Origin: Octopus bimaculoides
Lineage: Eukaryota
Reading direction: 5' to 3'
NCBI RefSeq assembly: GCF_001194135.2
Contig: NC_068982.1
Location: 108,423,787-108,487,786 of the forward strand
Length of the DNA stretch: 64,000 nucleotides
The translations under genes and the position numbers were made by a program. This document shows positions 49,010 to 62,501 of the stretch, piece by piece (the stretch's first letter is position 1; the number at the start of each line of letters is the position of its first letter). The notes beneath the pieces were generated by a model. The model had not been told where the DNA came from, searched no databases, and worked only from the letters and a program-made list of their open reading frames with translations.

Positions 49010-49700
49010 TACATTGTTTTGTCTTGGTATAAAAGATGGGCTACAGCAAATATTCTGCTTAATACCACAGATTTGCTTGTCAGTTGTTTGACCTTAACCA
49101 GTTGAGCATGTCCTTTGGTGGCTGACGATATGTGCATCTCTGATCATGAGCAGAAGTAGTGGGGGAACATCATAGCCATGTGTTGAAAGGAATTCTTTGG
49201 GGTTTGAATAATTCACCTTTGGAAACATGGGTGCTTTGCTCAACATCCTTAAACAAACTTTATTCAGGGACCTTTTGAGCAGGATGGGCTACTCGACCTG
49301 AAGAAAATTCTAACTAGGCCCCACCTGCATATCCTTTAGTGCCTGACAATATATGCATCTCTGATCGCGAGCAGAAGTAGTGGGGGAACATCATAGCCAT
49401 TTGTTGAGAGGAATTCTTTGAGGTTTAGATAATTCACCTTTGGAAACATGGGTGTTTTGTTCAACGCCCTCAAACAACCTTTTGGGGGACCTGTAGAAAA
49501 TTCTAACTGGGCCCCACCTGCAAGGTCATGCACTGTTTATCTTGATATGAGATCACCATGTTGTGCACATATGGTTGTGATGCATGTGCCTGGTGTACCC
49601 TTAACAGATGGGTAGTTATGATGGGTATACTGGGCTTTGTATATTTTACCCCAGTGTCACTTTGATAGCATGCACTGCTCTCTCACTCAATAATGACGAT
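49010..49700 (+). repeat. Interspersed repeat with internal tandem duplication (49111-49328 / 49332-49521) and (GAT)n tail
   Basis: Two diverged ~200-bp units are visible; the second has a deletion. Confidence 0.65.
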
Positions 49701-49749
49701 GATGATGATAATTTCTTCTCTGTTACTGTATATGCAACACTTCCTGTAA

Positions 49750-50430
49750 GAGAAGTGTAAGGATGTGTGATCAAAGAGAAGAAAGGATTGCAGAAATAGT
49801 TTCAGAATGTCCAAAACTAGCACAAAAAAAGTATAAGAATTAGAGACATGATAGGATGGCAAGTGTTATGCATTAGGAAATCTGTAAGAAGTACAACTTT
49901 CCTTCTTCTGAAAAGTGGTATGACCACAAGGTGAAGGTGCTGGAGAATGAAAATGCAAAGATCCTGTGGGACTGTAATTTGCAGAGAGATAAATTCATGG
50001 AATACTCTCAGCCCAACATCGTTACTTTTCACAAAACACCTTGTGAATGTTTGATGGTGGATATAACATGTCTCTTTGATACTAAAGTAACAGAAAAAGA
50101 ACAGGAAAAGCTTGATAAGTATAATGATTTGAAATATGAGATTGGGAAGCTTTGGGAATGTAAGAGTGTAAAGGTGGTGCCACTTGTCACTGGCCCATTG
50201 GCTACTGTAAGAAAGAATTTCAAAAAAATTTGAGGAACATCCTGGTTGTGACACAAGCTGTTTATTAGGAACAGCAAGAACCTTATGAAAAATGCTGGAT
50301 ACTTAAAATCATAGGATGCAACTTGCTATCCAGTAGAATGAACCAGCATAACATCTAACACCAGCATAACATCTAAGACCAGCATAACATCTAAGACCAG
50401 CATAACATCTAAAACAAATATTAAATAATA
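49750..50430 (+). mobile_element. R4/Dong 3' fragment with 4 x 18-bp tandem repeat (50342-50413) in its 3' UTR
   Basis: KWYDHK.KVLENENAKILWDCNLQ, KEQEKLDKYNDL, VVPLVTG. ACCAGCATAACATCTAAN x4. Confidence 0.85.
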
Positions 50431-51530
50431 AATGTATGGGCTATGACAGTATTGAGATACTCTGCTCCCTTTCTGAAATGGACAAAGGCTGAGCTACAGA
50501 ACTTGGATAGAGGAACTAGAAAGTTGTTCACAATGCACAATGCACATTACCCTAAAAGTAAAGCTGAAAGACTTTATCTATCAAGAAAGTAAGGAGGCAG
50601 AAGATTACTAAATGCAGAAAATACTGTCAGGGCCATGATACTGGGATTGGAAAATCATTGTGCAGAGTAATGAAAGAATACTATCAGCAGCTATTGATGC
50701 CGAGAATGGGACTGAAACAGTAGAATTCAATGAGATGGAAGTCCAACAGAATAGAGAAACAGAAAGAAATGGAATTATATGGCCAGTTCATGCAACAAAC
50801 TGAAAATGTTGGAAGTTAAAGAATGCTAGCTCTGGTTGACAGACAGGAACCTGAAATGAGACCAAAACACTAATTATAGCAGTTCAGGAACAAGCCATTA
50901 GAACAAATCTGATAAAGGCAAAGACCAACAAATGTAGAATATGTAAGAAAGGAGACGAAAGTATTAATCATATCTTGAAAGAAGTATAAATGCAGTCATG
51001 GCTATGTAGGCAAAAGAGTACATTGGGATGTTAGGTGAATGTGTGGCTTCAAAATAAGAGGAAAGTGGTATGAACACAAACCTGAGGCTATGATAGAAAA
51101 TGAGAATTACAAGATCGTGTGGGATTTACCCATAAAGATTGACCATACTACTGAAACAAGAAGACTAGATATGATCATAGAGGATAAAATAAACGAACAG
51201 TGTAAGAAAATAGATTTTGAAATTCCCCATGATAGCAGAGTCAATACCAAAGAAATTGAAAAATCTGATAAATATCAGGATCTAGCCAGAGAGCTTTAGA
51301 GACTGTGGAAGACTAAGACAACAATTTTTCCTGTAGTAATTTGTGCACTTGGTACACCACCAAAAATGCTACCTAAAAAGCTGGAGGAGATTGGAACTGA
51401 GACTTGCATTGTCAACCTATAGGAAAGTACCATCCTATATTCGACAAGAATCCTAAGAAGAATTTTTGAGATTTGAAGAGACTTGTAGTCACAATATCTC
51501 AAGACAAACATTTCTTCTAATTAAATTAGC
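50431..51530 (+). mobile_element. R4/Dong 3' fragment
   Basis: LDRGTRKLFTMHNAHYPKS, CRICKKGDESINHI, WYEHKPE..ENENYKIVWD, TRRLDMII, KYQDLAREL. Confidence 0.85.
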
Positions 51531-51538
51531 ATGTAGAG

Positions 51539-51721
51539 CAGGGGTCTCCAAAGTTGTCGATATCAACCCCTGGAAGTTAATGGGACTATTCAAGGGGTCA
51601 ATAAATGCACATCTACTTAATTATTATTATTTATTTATTTTCTTGTACATGCCTGGGGGTTGATGAGGGAGTCAAGGATTTCATAAAGGGGTTGATGGTC
51701 TAAAAAGTTTGGGGACCCCTG
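51539..51721. mobile_element. hAT-type MITE
   Basis: TIRs CAGGGGTCTCCAAA / TTTGGGGACCCCTG. Imperfect 8-bp TSD ATGTAGAG / ATGTAAAA. Confidence 0.8.
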
Positions 51722-52735
51722 ATGTAAAAGCTTAATAACAACAACAGTAACAACAAGGATATTTTCTGTAATACGCAAAAGGCCTTAAATTTTGTAGGGA
51801 GGGATTAGAACTTACATGGGTGAAATTCCACTAAACATTTTGTACAGTGTTCTAATGATTCTGCCAACTCACCATCCAAATAGTAATAATAATAATAATA
51901 ATATTCTTTTCTACTACTGGCACAAAGTCTAAAATTTTAGGGGAGGGGGTTAGTCAATTACATCAACCTCAGTATTTGACTGGTACTTATTTTATTAACC
52001 TCAAAGAAGTGAAAGGCAAAGTTGACCTCAGTGGAATTTTAACTCAGAACATCAAGATAAAGGAAATGCCACTAAGTATTTTGCCCAGCATGCTAATGGT
52101 TCTGCCAACTCACCACCTTAATAGTAATAACTAGCTGGATCCGTGAAAAATTCATGGAAAACATTAAAAAATGTAAGCATCTGTAAACAGTGTACAGGTG
52201 CCATGAGAAATGTTCGCAGATTATGACCATCTGTCTTTAAGTTCTGAGTTCAAATTCTGCTGAGGTCAACTTTACCTTTCATCCTTTCGGGGTTGATAAA
52301 TTAAGTACCAGTTGTGTACTGGGGTCAATCTAATCAATTCCCCCACCCCCTCACAAAAATTTCAGGCCTAGAAAAGTATATTGCAACAATTACAGAATAT
52401 AGAAAGTAATGTAACACTAATGACCATATAATCCAACCAAAACATCTGTTACACAAACATAAAATACATTGCACATACTCAAAGAACCTTCTTGGTTTAG
52501 TGGTACGGAACGTTTTTCTGGTATTATTTTATTCTTTCACTTGTTTCAGTCATTTGAGGGTGGCCATGCTGGAGCACCACCCTTTAGTCAAAGAAATTGA
52601 CCCCTGGACATATTCCCTGAAAGCCTGGCACTTATTCTATCAGTTTCTTCTGCTGAACAGCTAAATTACATGGACGCAAACACACTAACATCGATTGTCA
52701 AGCAATGGTGGTGGTGGGACAAACACAGACACTAA

Positions 52736-52768
<33 letters not shown>

Positions 52769-52835
52769 ACACACACACATGCATGTACACACACACACGC
52801 ACGCGCACATACATACATACATATATGACAGGCTT

Positions 52836-54235
52836 GGAGGTAGTGGTGATACTTATGGTGCGATTTTGTGGTTTACTGGTATGCCAAGAGAGATCCAGCG
52901 GGCCCCTAACTGGTTCCCTGATCTTAAAGGTATAATGTGGATGTGTAGCTGCTAGAATAAGAATAGCCTGGGCAAAGTTCAGAGAGCTCTTACCTCTGCT
53001 GGCGACAAAGGGCCTCTCGCTCAGAGTAAAAGGCAGACTGTATGACGTGTGTGTACGAACAGCCATGCTACATGGCAGTGAAACATGAGCCGTGACTGCC
53101 GAGGACATGCGTAATCTCGCAAGGAATGAAGCCAGTATGCTCCGATGGATTAGTAATGTCAGTGTGCATACCCGACAGAGTGTAAGTATCTTGAGAGAAA
53201 AGTTGAACCTAAGAAGCATCAGTTGTGGTGTGCAAGAGAGACGATTGCGCTGGTATGGACATGTGGCGAGAATGGATGAGGATAGCTGTGTGAAAAAGTG
53301 CCACACCCTAGCAGTTGAGGGAACCCGTGGAAGAGGCAGGCACAGGAAGACTTGGGATGAGGTGGTGAAGTACGACCTCCGAACATTAGGCCTCACCAAG
53401 GCAATGACTTCTGACCGAGACATTTGGAAATATGCTGTGCTTGAGAAGACCCAGCAAGCCAAGTGAGACCAAAATCTAAGGCCTCTGCCAGGGATGTAGC
53501 CAGCCCACTTATGCGTAACATTCCTTCTTTGGATACTAAACTCCGCTTGCGAAGACCTGTTGAGGCAAGTGAAATCGAAATCGAACTAAATTTGTAGACT
53601 GGCACCCATGCCAACGTCTCTTCATTGAACACTAAACTCGGCTTGTTAAGACCTGTTGGGGCAAGCGAAAGCGAAATCGGGATGGCACCTGTACCAGTAA
53701 ATCATTAAGAGCACTGTCCGAGCGTGATCGTTGCCAGAGCACCAACTGTCTGGCTTCCGTGCTGGTGGCACGTAAATAGCACCATTCGAGCGTGACCGTT
53801 ACCAACGTCGCCTTCCTGGCACTTGTGCCAGTGGCACATGAAAAGACATTCGAGCGAGTTTGTTGCCAGTGCCGCTGGACTGGCCCCTGTGCAGGTGGCA
53901 CGTAAAATACACCATTTCAAGCATGGCTGTTGCCAGTACTGCCTGACTGGCTTTCGTGCCGGTGGCACATAAAAGCACCCACTACACTCTCTGAGTGGTT
54001 GGTGTTAGGAAGGGGATCCAACTGTAGAAACTCTGTCAAATCAGATTGGAACCTGGTGTAGCCATCTTGTTCACCAGTCCTCAGTCAAATCGTCCAACCC
54101 ATGCTAGCATGGAAAGCGGACGTTAAATGATGATGATGANNNNNNNNNNAATCGTCCAACCCATGCTAGCATGGAAAGCGGACGTTAAATGATGATGATG
54201 ATGATGATGATGTTGATGATGATGATGATGATGAT
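52836..54235 (+). mobile_element. RTE-clade LINE 3' portion (RT C-terminus, structured 3' UTR, (GAT)n tail)
   Basis: ARIRIAWAKFRELLPLL, MLHGSET, ERRLRWYGHVARM, GRGRHRKTWDEVV. Confidence 0.9.
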
Positions 54236-54699
54236 TAGATTAAAATAAATACTATGATAGATTATTTATATTTTTAATTCTGTTGTTTCAAAGATCTTTT
54301 CCCTACTTACATTCTACCATCATTCAGTATAAATTTCTTTCTGCAAAACTTCTGCCAAAGAATGCTGGCAATATTAAAAATGACATTTCTCATAGTAAGT
54401 ACACTGTCAGGCATCTAGAATCAGTCCATTTCTTCTCCCTAAGGACTTATACAATATTTTGTGCAATGTATTTCTCCTTCAAATACATTTACTTCTTTTG
54501 ATTAGTCGGTTAAATCAAAAGTTTGGTGCTTATATCAATCAAAAAGATTTAGATGCTACAAAAGTTTTTATTTAATTGTTTTAGAATTTCCTACAACTTC
54601 CCAAACGAAAATGTTTTCTAATATATTTACAGCCAAGAGATATCCTTCTTTTAATTCTTTTCAATGTAACTATCAACATTTTTCACGTGCTATAACACG

Positions 54700-54954
54700 A
54701 GTTACTGACACTTGGCATTCTTGAAATTCTCTCAATAGACACTTGGTGGCGTTGTCTACCAGTTACGTCATGTGCACGTTTAAGATGGCGCTAACATAGT
54801 GACGTCTGTTTGTACTCGAGGAGCGCTTCTCTTCGCTATTTTTTTCTCTAAGTTAAACCAGATTCATTGGTAGTGCACCATTACTTTGTATATATGAGTA
54901 AACTCACCCGGCAAAAATACTTATTCATTTAGCTGGGAAATTTTTGTTTCCAAA
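54700..54954 (+). promoter_or_regulatory. CERT1 proximal promoter/5'UTR
   Basis: CpG-retaining. CRE/ATF-like TTACGTCA (54763-54770) and TGACGTCT (54800-54807), YY1-like AAGATGGCG (54782-54790). Confidence 0.65.
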
Positions 54955-55191
54955 ATGTCGGAGGAGAGAGACGTGCTTAGTATCACAGACGATGAGGAAA
55001 ACGATGAATTTGAAGATGAAGGCCACTTGCCAGAGAAACACGGCACTCTAAGTAAATGGACTAACTATCTTCATGGTTGGCAGGATCGGTACGTTGTGCT
55101 TAAGGATGGTACTTTCAGTTATTTCAAATCCGCCTCCGAAACAGCTTATGGATGTAGGGGCGCTGTCAGTTTAAACAGAGCCTGTGTGACG
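54955..55191 (+). CDS. CERT1: Ceramide transfer protein (CERT/COL4A3BP) first coding exon, acidic N-terminus plus PH domain start
   Basis: 79 codons MSEERD...GTLSKWTNYLHGWQDRYVVLKDG...YGCRGAVSL...VT ending ACG|GTAAG. KWTNY.HGWQDR and YGCRG match the CERT PH domain. Next exon not found in window. Confidence 0.9.
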
Positions 55192-58100
55192 GTAAGCAAT
55201 TATCAACTTTGTCATTTGGTGTCTGGTATTTATTGTGACTTAAATGTGATACAACACTAAAGAAATTTTCTGGAGCTAGATATGTTTTTGTAATGTTAAA
55301 AAACCCCCCCAAATGATTTAGAACAGCTGACTTCAGTTTTATTTTCGATTTGGAAAAAATTAAAAGCGAAAACATTTCTTTGACAAGGATGGGTGCGGCT
55401 AGTAGCTTTATTTTCATTGTAATTATTATCTTCATAATCGTTTGGAATTCCTGTCCCAAGTTCTAAAGTCTACATTTTCTTGTAAAGTTGTTGAGGAAAT
55501 TTCCGTTCACCCTCTCTCTGTTTTTCATTCGTTATGTATATATATGTATATATCGATGTAAAAGCTGTTTGTCCTGGCCATGTGAATATCTACAATCCGC
55601 CCACAGCACTCTTTGTCCTATCTTTCTCAAGTGTCGCCATGTACATTAATAATGGTGACCGTCTTACTACGTGTCCGTAGTGTCAAAGTTCCTCTGTTCC
55701 ATATAGACAATTGTTTCCTCCCACTTGTGGTTACATTCCATTCATCAAACTTTTTACAAGAAAACTCGTTGCTTTTTCAGTAACCTCTGAACAATCAATT
55801 CGACCATAGTTTTCAGTTCTGGCATCACTGATTGAATTTAAAATCACAAAAACATACGATTTTATTTTATTTTTTTTCGGTTCAGATTTTTCTATTAGAA
55901 ATACACGAAACATTAAGATAAACTTGAATAGTTTTTGTGCTTAGTTATCGTTGAATTGAACTCGATTCCCATGTAATGTTGATCCTAATAATAAATCTAA
56001 CTACCAATAAATACGGAGTTTAAAAACTTTACCCTGTCCCGATCCCTTTGCTTGCAGTTAAACTTTGTCTTGATCTGTATATTCACTTCAACCCCGCCCT
56101 CCAAATATCTGGAATTATTCCTCCGAGTAACTTGATATCCCCTCCGCCCGCGACGTTTCCATCAGCAACAGTAGCGCCTTCATATTAAACATTAAATTCC
56201 TTTCTCTGTCAAATTATATTCTCGTAACAACTTTTTGTTTGCACATTTCTACCTTGTTGTTTTTATTTCTATGCTGTATTTTGTCAACAAGACAGTGTAT
56301 TAATTGTAGGTTCTTTTATTTAGGTACCAGTAGTATTCTACTGTTGATTAACCGACCATATTTCTACTTTCCTCTTTACAAACATTGTGTATGGCAAAAT
56401 ATCATGAAATTGTAAGATTACCCGAATTAACGTCAGCAAAATATTTCATTATAGTTCAGTGTTTGTATACAGGTTATGTAGGCTAGTGGTGTATCCTAAA
56501 CTATCGAGGCCAACTGAGAACTGAAATAAACAGGTTAGATAGATCTACGTCTCTGTTTACATTTAAGGTGTGTTTATTTCATACAAGTTTTGGTATATAT
56601 ATATATTTTTAAAACTGACACAATGTTCTGTTTTGTTATGATTACGCGGTAAACCAATGTCTCCAAGACGCTTCAGGTGTTTGTTGTTTTAACTTTTATG
56701 GTTGATTTTTTTTCATTGTAAGGCACTCATTATAAGAATGGAACGTGTTTACTGTGTTAAGAACATTTACATTTTGTCTAGACACAAAGGTCGTGTATTT
56801 TTAGAGCTGGGAAATAGTATGTCGTGAGGTTTATGCATTTCTCGAAACTACTAGCTGCGGTGAACGAAGTGAATTGATATCACTTGAGAATTGAGAAAGC
56901 GGTTTCGGCTGGCCAAGTTCTTACCTTTCATTTCTTCAACGAGGTCCACCATAGTATTGTTGTTGGTGTTGACGGTATAGTGAAAATGGTAAAGCGTTGG
57001 ACGGAGTGCCTTGCAGTAAGTCGTCTGTCAACAGCCTTTAATTCAAATTCCCGGTCATTCTCTCAGAATGGATAGAATGAGTCCTATACATGTATTTATT
57101 TTGATTCGATCGATAATTTTCCTTACCTATGAATTTTTGTCAAGAAGTCATTATTAAACATTGTCACCTCACCGAATTCGAAATCTTTGGTTTAGCTCGT
57201 GTCACAGATTTAGAAAATAAATACATACTGTTAACCCTCATTAAACCATTGCCAGTGAATATCGTAGATATAAAAATGACAAAAATCAATATATTTTGCC
57301 AGAATTATGAAGACTGCATTGCGAGTAAAAGGTATCAATTGCATCAATCAATCCCCGACAATTTATTTTCCTGAGATTATTTCACAACACCGCGAACACA
57401 GTTGTGATAGAGCCAAGCCTGTTTTATATCTTATCCGAGGGGTGTGGAGTACTTAACCGATTGATATAGGTGGTGCCAGTGTAGCAGGATTAGAGCTGAA
57501 ACGCTTGCTCGCAGTAGCTAAACAAAACTAAGTGACATTTCCTATTCTCAGTCTTAAGATATTAAATGCAAATTGGAGTTTATGCTCTTGGTCAGTTATT
57601 ACTGTATAATATTTATGAAGCGTCATACCTTATATCCACCCATCAGTCAATCAACCACAGTCTAGTTTTAGAATCGAAGAGAATTGTACATGCAGTTACA
57701 TTTTGTTTACAAAAAATAGTATCTTCGGAGTCATAAGATGCAATAAATATACAACTTTAAAGGGATCTTAAAAAGAACCAGTCAGCTAAAACCAGATTCC
57801 TTGGATTCTAGATTTTATCATAATTAGTACGATCGCTTTATAGGCAAGATATTCAGTGTACCCTATTTTTCTCTCTCTGCAGAGATGAGGGGCGGCGATT
57901 TACATTAACTAGGCTTTTATTTAATCCATCATGGAGTTCTGTGTAAAGTTTTCATGTTTCTTACACACAGTTTTACTAATACACATATTTTCTAAGACAT
58001 GGAGTTCGTAGTTTTAACTTTTTATTTGCTTATTTCTTTATTTTGGTTCACATCACATGCATTCCACTGTCGAACATGCAGCGTGTTACATCCTACAACA

Positions 58101-58974
58101 AATTTTCACACCCCTCACTCAGTTTTCTCAGTTAAGTCTCGATTTTTCTCTCTCGGCTCTCACGAAGTAAAACAAACAGTCGTCACTCACTATATCGACA
58201 CTACCTCTCTCTCTCTTGACACACATATATAGCCAGTAACTGTAAACAACATGCAAGATGTATATGAATATTGTACTAAAACATTAATCGCGTATGCTTT
58301 TATTCATACTTGTGTGTTGGGTGGGGCTTAAATAAGCATGGTATGGCTGAACTATAAGGACCCAAGTTCAATTCCACTGCCTGGCACCATAGATAAATGT
58401 CATTTTCTATAGCCTTGGATTNNNNNNNNNNNNNNNNNNNNNNNNNNNNNNNNNNNNNNNNNNNNNNNNNNNNNNNNNNNNNNNNNNNNNNNNNNNNNNN
58501 NNNNNNNNNNNNNNNNNNNNNATATATATATTTGATATATAGTGTATCTGTATATATCATCGTTGTTTTATTGCCTACATTTTCATACATGAATGAGTCT
58601 AATAAATTCCATTGAGGCAGATTTTCTATGGCCGGATGCCCTTCTTCTCACAAACCCTTATTTGTTTCCAAGTAAGGTAATATTTTCCTGTGGCCTGACA
58701 TGTTTCTCATGGAAGACTAGAAACGAACAGCACCACTTGTAAGAAGGTGATGCATGCCTGGAATTATCATGCACACAAACACATGTTCCTGTGTAATATA
58801 TATAAAACTAAACCCACTCACAAAGGTTGGTGGCCAGGGGCTGTAGAAGAGATGGTCATATAACAAAACAATTGGAAGTTTGTATAGGACAGCTTACTGA
58901 GGGCTACAAACCAAATCTGTGGTGGTGCAAAGTTCCATTCAGACAAAATGTAACATGGTGTTTGGACAGAGAGG

Positions 58975-60824
58975 TAGACAGACATAAGAGGTGCAGCAAT
59001 ATCAAAGGAAGGCTTACTAGGAAGATAGTTTTTGTATGTGGTAGATGCTCAGGAGCAATAAACACTGAAAATGTGCAGAGAACAACTTCTGCAACATTCC
59101 AGGGAGAAAAACTAGAAGTAGTTGATAGCTTCCGTTACCTAGGCGACCAAGTCAGTAGTGGGGGAAGGTGCACTGAAAGTGTAGCTGCTAGAATAAGAAT
59201 AGCCTGGGCAAAGTTCAGAGAGCTCTTACCTCTGCTGGTGACAAAGGGTCTCTCGCTCAGAGTAAAAGGCAGACTGTATGACGCATGTGTATGAACAGCC
59301 ATGCTACATGGTAGTGAAACATGGGCTGTGACTGCTAAGGACATGCGTAAGCTCGCNNNNNNNNNNNNNNNNNNNNNNNNNNNNNNNNNNNNNNNNNNNN
59401 NNNNNNNNNNNNNNNNNNNNNNNNNNNNNNNNNNNNNNNNNNNNNNNNNNNNNNNNNNNNNNNNNNNNNNNNNNNNNNNNNNNNNNNNNNNNNNNNNNNN
59501 NNNNNNNNNNNNNNNNNNNNNNNNNNNNNNNNNNNNNNNNNNNNNNNNNNNNNNNNNNNNNNNNNNNNNNNNNNNNNNNNNNNNNNNNNNNNNNNNNNNN
59601 NNNNNNNNNNNNNNNNNNNNNNNNNNNNNNNNNNNNNNNNNNNNNNNNNNNNNNNNNNNNNNNNNNNNNNNNNNNNNNNNNNNNNNNNNNNNNNNNNNNN
59701 NNNNNNNNNNNNNNNNNNNNNNNNNNNNNNNNNNNNNNNNNNNNNNNNNNNNNNNNNNNNNNNNNNNNNNNNNNNNNNNNNNNNNNNNNNNGAAACAATT
59801 AACCCTAACCCTATGGTTAGGGTTAAAGCAAATTTAAAATGAAAAAAGCAAATAAAACGAAGGTATGGAGATTAAATGTGCTTTACATCGCTTAATCAGC
59901 CAAAGGAGTAAATATGAACAACTGAATACTTGTCAGTGATTGGTTGAAATTATCGAAATAAGACAATTTTTTACATGAAATAAATTCGAATACAAAAATA
60001 TTTTTCTGTTCTATAACACAAAATAGATAAGTATACGAAGTTTGAAAGTCTTTCCGTACCAAAAACACTACGTAAAACATTAATGAAAAATGTGGCCCCC
60101 GTTTTAAAATAGATCCATATGCTGTGCGTAAGAAAACCCGACAAGCCAAGTGAGACCATAACCTGTGGCCTATGCCAGGGATGTAGCCAGCCCACTTATG
60201 CGTACCTTTCCTTCATTGGACACTAAACTCTACTTGCGAAGACCTGTTTAGGCAAGGGAAATTGAAATCGAACCAAATTCAACGACTGGCACCCATGCCA
60301 ACTTTTCCTTCATTGGACACTAAACTCTGCTTGCGAAGACCTGTTGGGGCAAGTGAAATTGAAATCCAACCAAATTCGATGACTGGCACCCATGCCAGTG
60401 GAGTACTAACAGCACCGTCCTAGCGTGATCATTGCCAGAGCAGCTGTTCGGCTTCCGTGCCGGTGGCACGTAAAAAGCACCATTTGAGCATGATCGTTAC
60501 CAGCGTAGCCTTACTGGCATGTGAAAAAACATTCGAGCGAGGTCATTGCCAGTGCCTCTGGACTGGGTCCTGTGCAGGTGGCACGTAAAAAACACCATTT
60601 GAGCGTGGCCATTGTCAGTACTGCGTGACTGGCCCTTGTGACGGAGGTATGTAAAAGTACCCATTACACTCTTGGAGTGGTTGGTGTTAGGAAGGGCATC
60701 CAGCTGTAGAAACTCTGCCAGATCAGATTGGAGCCTGGTGCAGCCATCTGGTTCGCCAGTCCTCAGTCAAAACGTCCAACCCATGCTAGCATGGAAAGCG
60801 GGCGTTAAACGACGATGATGATGA

Positions 60825-60825
<1 letters not shown>
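58975..60825 (+). mobile_element. RTE-clade LINE 3' portion, interrupted by a gap and a nested TIR element
   Basis: HKRCS..CGRC, VDSFRYLGDQ, ARIRIAWAKF. Resumes at 60117 (ATATGCTGTG) collinear with the 52836 copy. Confidence 0.85.
59792..60116. mobile_element. Partial non-autonomous TIR element (GGATCT terminus) with telomere-repeat hairpin, nested in RTE
   Basis: Ends AGATCC at 60116 and shares subterminal blocks with 62502-63266. TTAACCCTAACC-CTAT-GGTTAGGGTTAA at 59799-59826. Confidence 0.75.
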
Positions 60826-60865
<40 letters not shown>

Positions 60866-62501
60866 GTATATAAAATCTTATTGTCAACTTTCCATGCTGA
60901 TGTAGGTTAAACAGATAATCCCAGTCAGTCAGTCTTTTCTATTTGGACACTGCTGCTACCATAGACTTGTGCTTGTATTTGTTGTGTCACTTGGTTTCTA
61001 AGGCTGGCTGTCCTTATCACTTTACTGAGTATACTTGATGCATTTTTTCATGGCACCAATATTAGAGAGATTGAATAATCTTCAAGATGAAACTAAAAGG
61101 ACTTCACAACCCTACACTTTCTCTACTCTGTCAACCACTTTACAGGGTGCACTATTTTGTAGTATAGCACAAGAGAGGTTGTTTTGCTCATTAGTCATTC
61201 TGGAGATGGAAGTGAAGGGGTTTCTGACATAGCACTAGCACTAAAAGGGGTGGTGCTTTGCACACAGTAAAAGTAGAGGTTATTCAGTAACCTAAGATCT
61301 GTAGATGGAACTGGGAAATTGAAGAAAGTGCAATGACAGCAGAATAGCTAGAAAATTGGTGGGTGAAAGGGGCAAAGGAGGTGTGTGTGTGTACACACAC
61401 ACACATGTATATGTATTGATATAGACCTACACATATGTCTTGCTTATGTATGTGTGTGTGTGTGGCTTATGTATGTGTAGTCACTTTAATGAGTGATTGG
61501 CTGCTCTTAGCCCTAATGGAAGTACAGGAAATCTAGGACTATAAACTTGATTTATAAGTGAGTAAAGCTCCTTAATATCCTTTTAGTTGCATACTTTCTA
61601 AAGATCGCTAGCACTTTCAATCCACCACTTATTTTTCATAGTTCTGGTTTCCTTCTGAATCTAAGACTTCTCAGTTTAATATTGGGCCCATAAATTTTTT
61701 GTTTTGATAGTTTTATTCTCTTTGCTTTGTATATACTTGATATACTTTTTAAATACTCATCAAACCAGTCCTTGCTTTGAATTTTTATAGCTACCCCTGC
61801 TACTTTCGAAATTTGTTTTTGGAGACATCTTATTTAGCAATACATTTCCAATGAATTGAAACCTTTCTCTTTTGTAATGTCATTTTAGGTGTTCAAAATT
61901 TCTTATTTTGAACCTTCAGCTTACAAGACTGTCATTAATGTCAGTGACATCTCTCACAACATTCAAATCTTTCCTTCTAGTTAGATCTCAATGAATCATG
62001 TGCCATTTCTGGGAACCTGGCTGCATTCAAGTTACTTTGTGAATCTTTTGATGTTTAAAGAACATGCTGCTAGTAGTGAATTTCACTGTGCACACACATG
62101 GTGGATTCTCTAGGCTGTTTCAGCATATGTAGTGTGTTGTCCAGTTAGTTATTCAATCAACTGAATGACATGTTCATTGAATTAAAATGCAGAGTAGCTG
62201 AATATTCCAGACATGTGTACACATGATGTAGTTCCCAAGTAAAATCAGCATACGACAGTGACTGGATAATGGTGGATGTTTGAATTTTAGATATAATCCC
62301 CCTATCTGATGAGTTTTTACCCAATTTCCACCTTCCTAGTTAGTTTCATTCACAATGCTTGGGTCAACCCAAAGCTATGACAAAGGCATTTGTGCAGAAT
62401 GTCACGCAGTGGGATTGAAACTTGGATATCATTGATGAAAAGCAAATTTCTAAACCACTCAGCTATGTCTTCATCCAGGCATTGATTAATAAAATAAATT
62501 A

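Noticed and set aside
53718-53979. CRISPR-like repeat-spacer appearance
   Set aside because: Eukaryotic LINE 3' UTR. Variable parts are only 10-12 nt, are the same in paralogous copies, and there are no cas genes.
54090-54200. Tandem duplication of the RTE tail around a 10-N gap
   Set aside because: Identical sequence on both sides of the gap, most likely unmerged overlapping contig ends.
55192-55260. C-terminal part of the 101-aa ORF
   Set aside because: Follows a canonical GTAAG donor, and PH-domain similarity stops at the junction.
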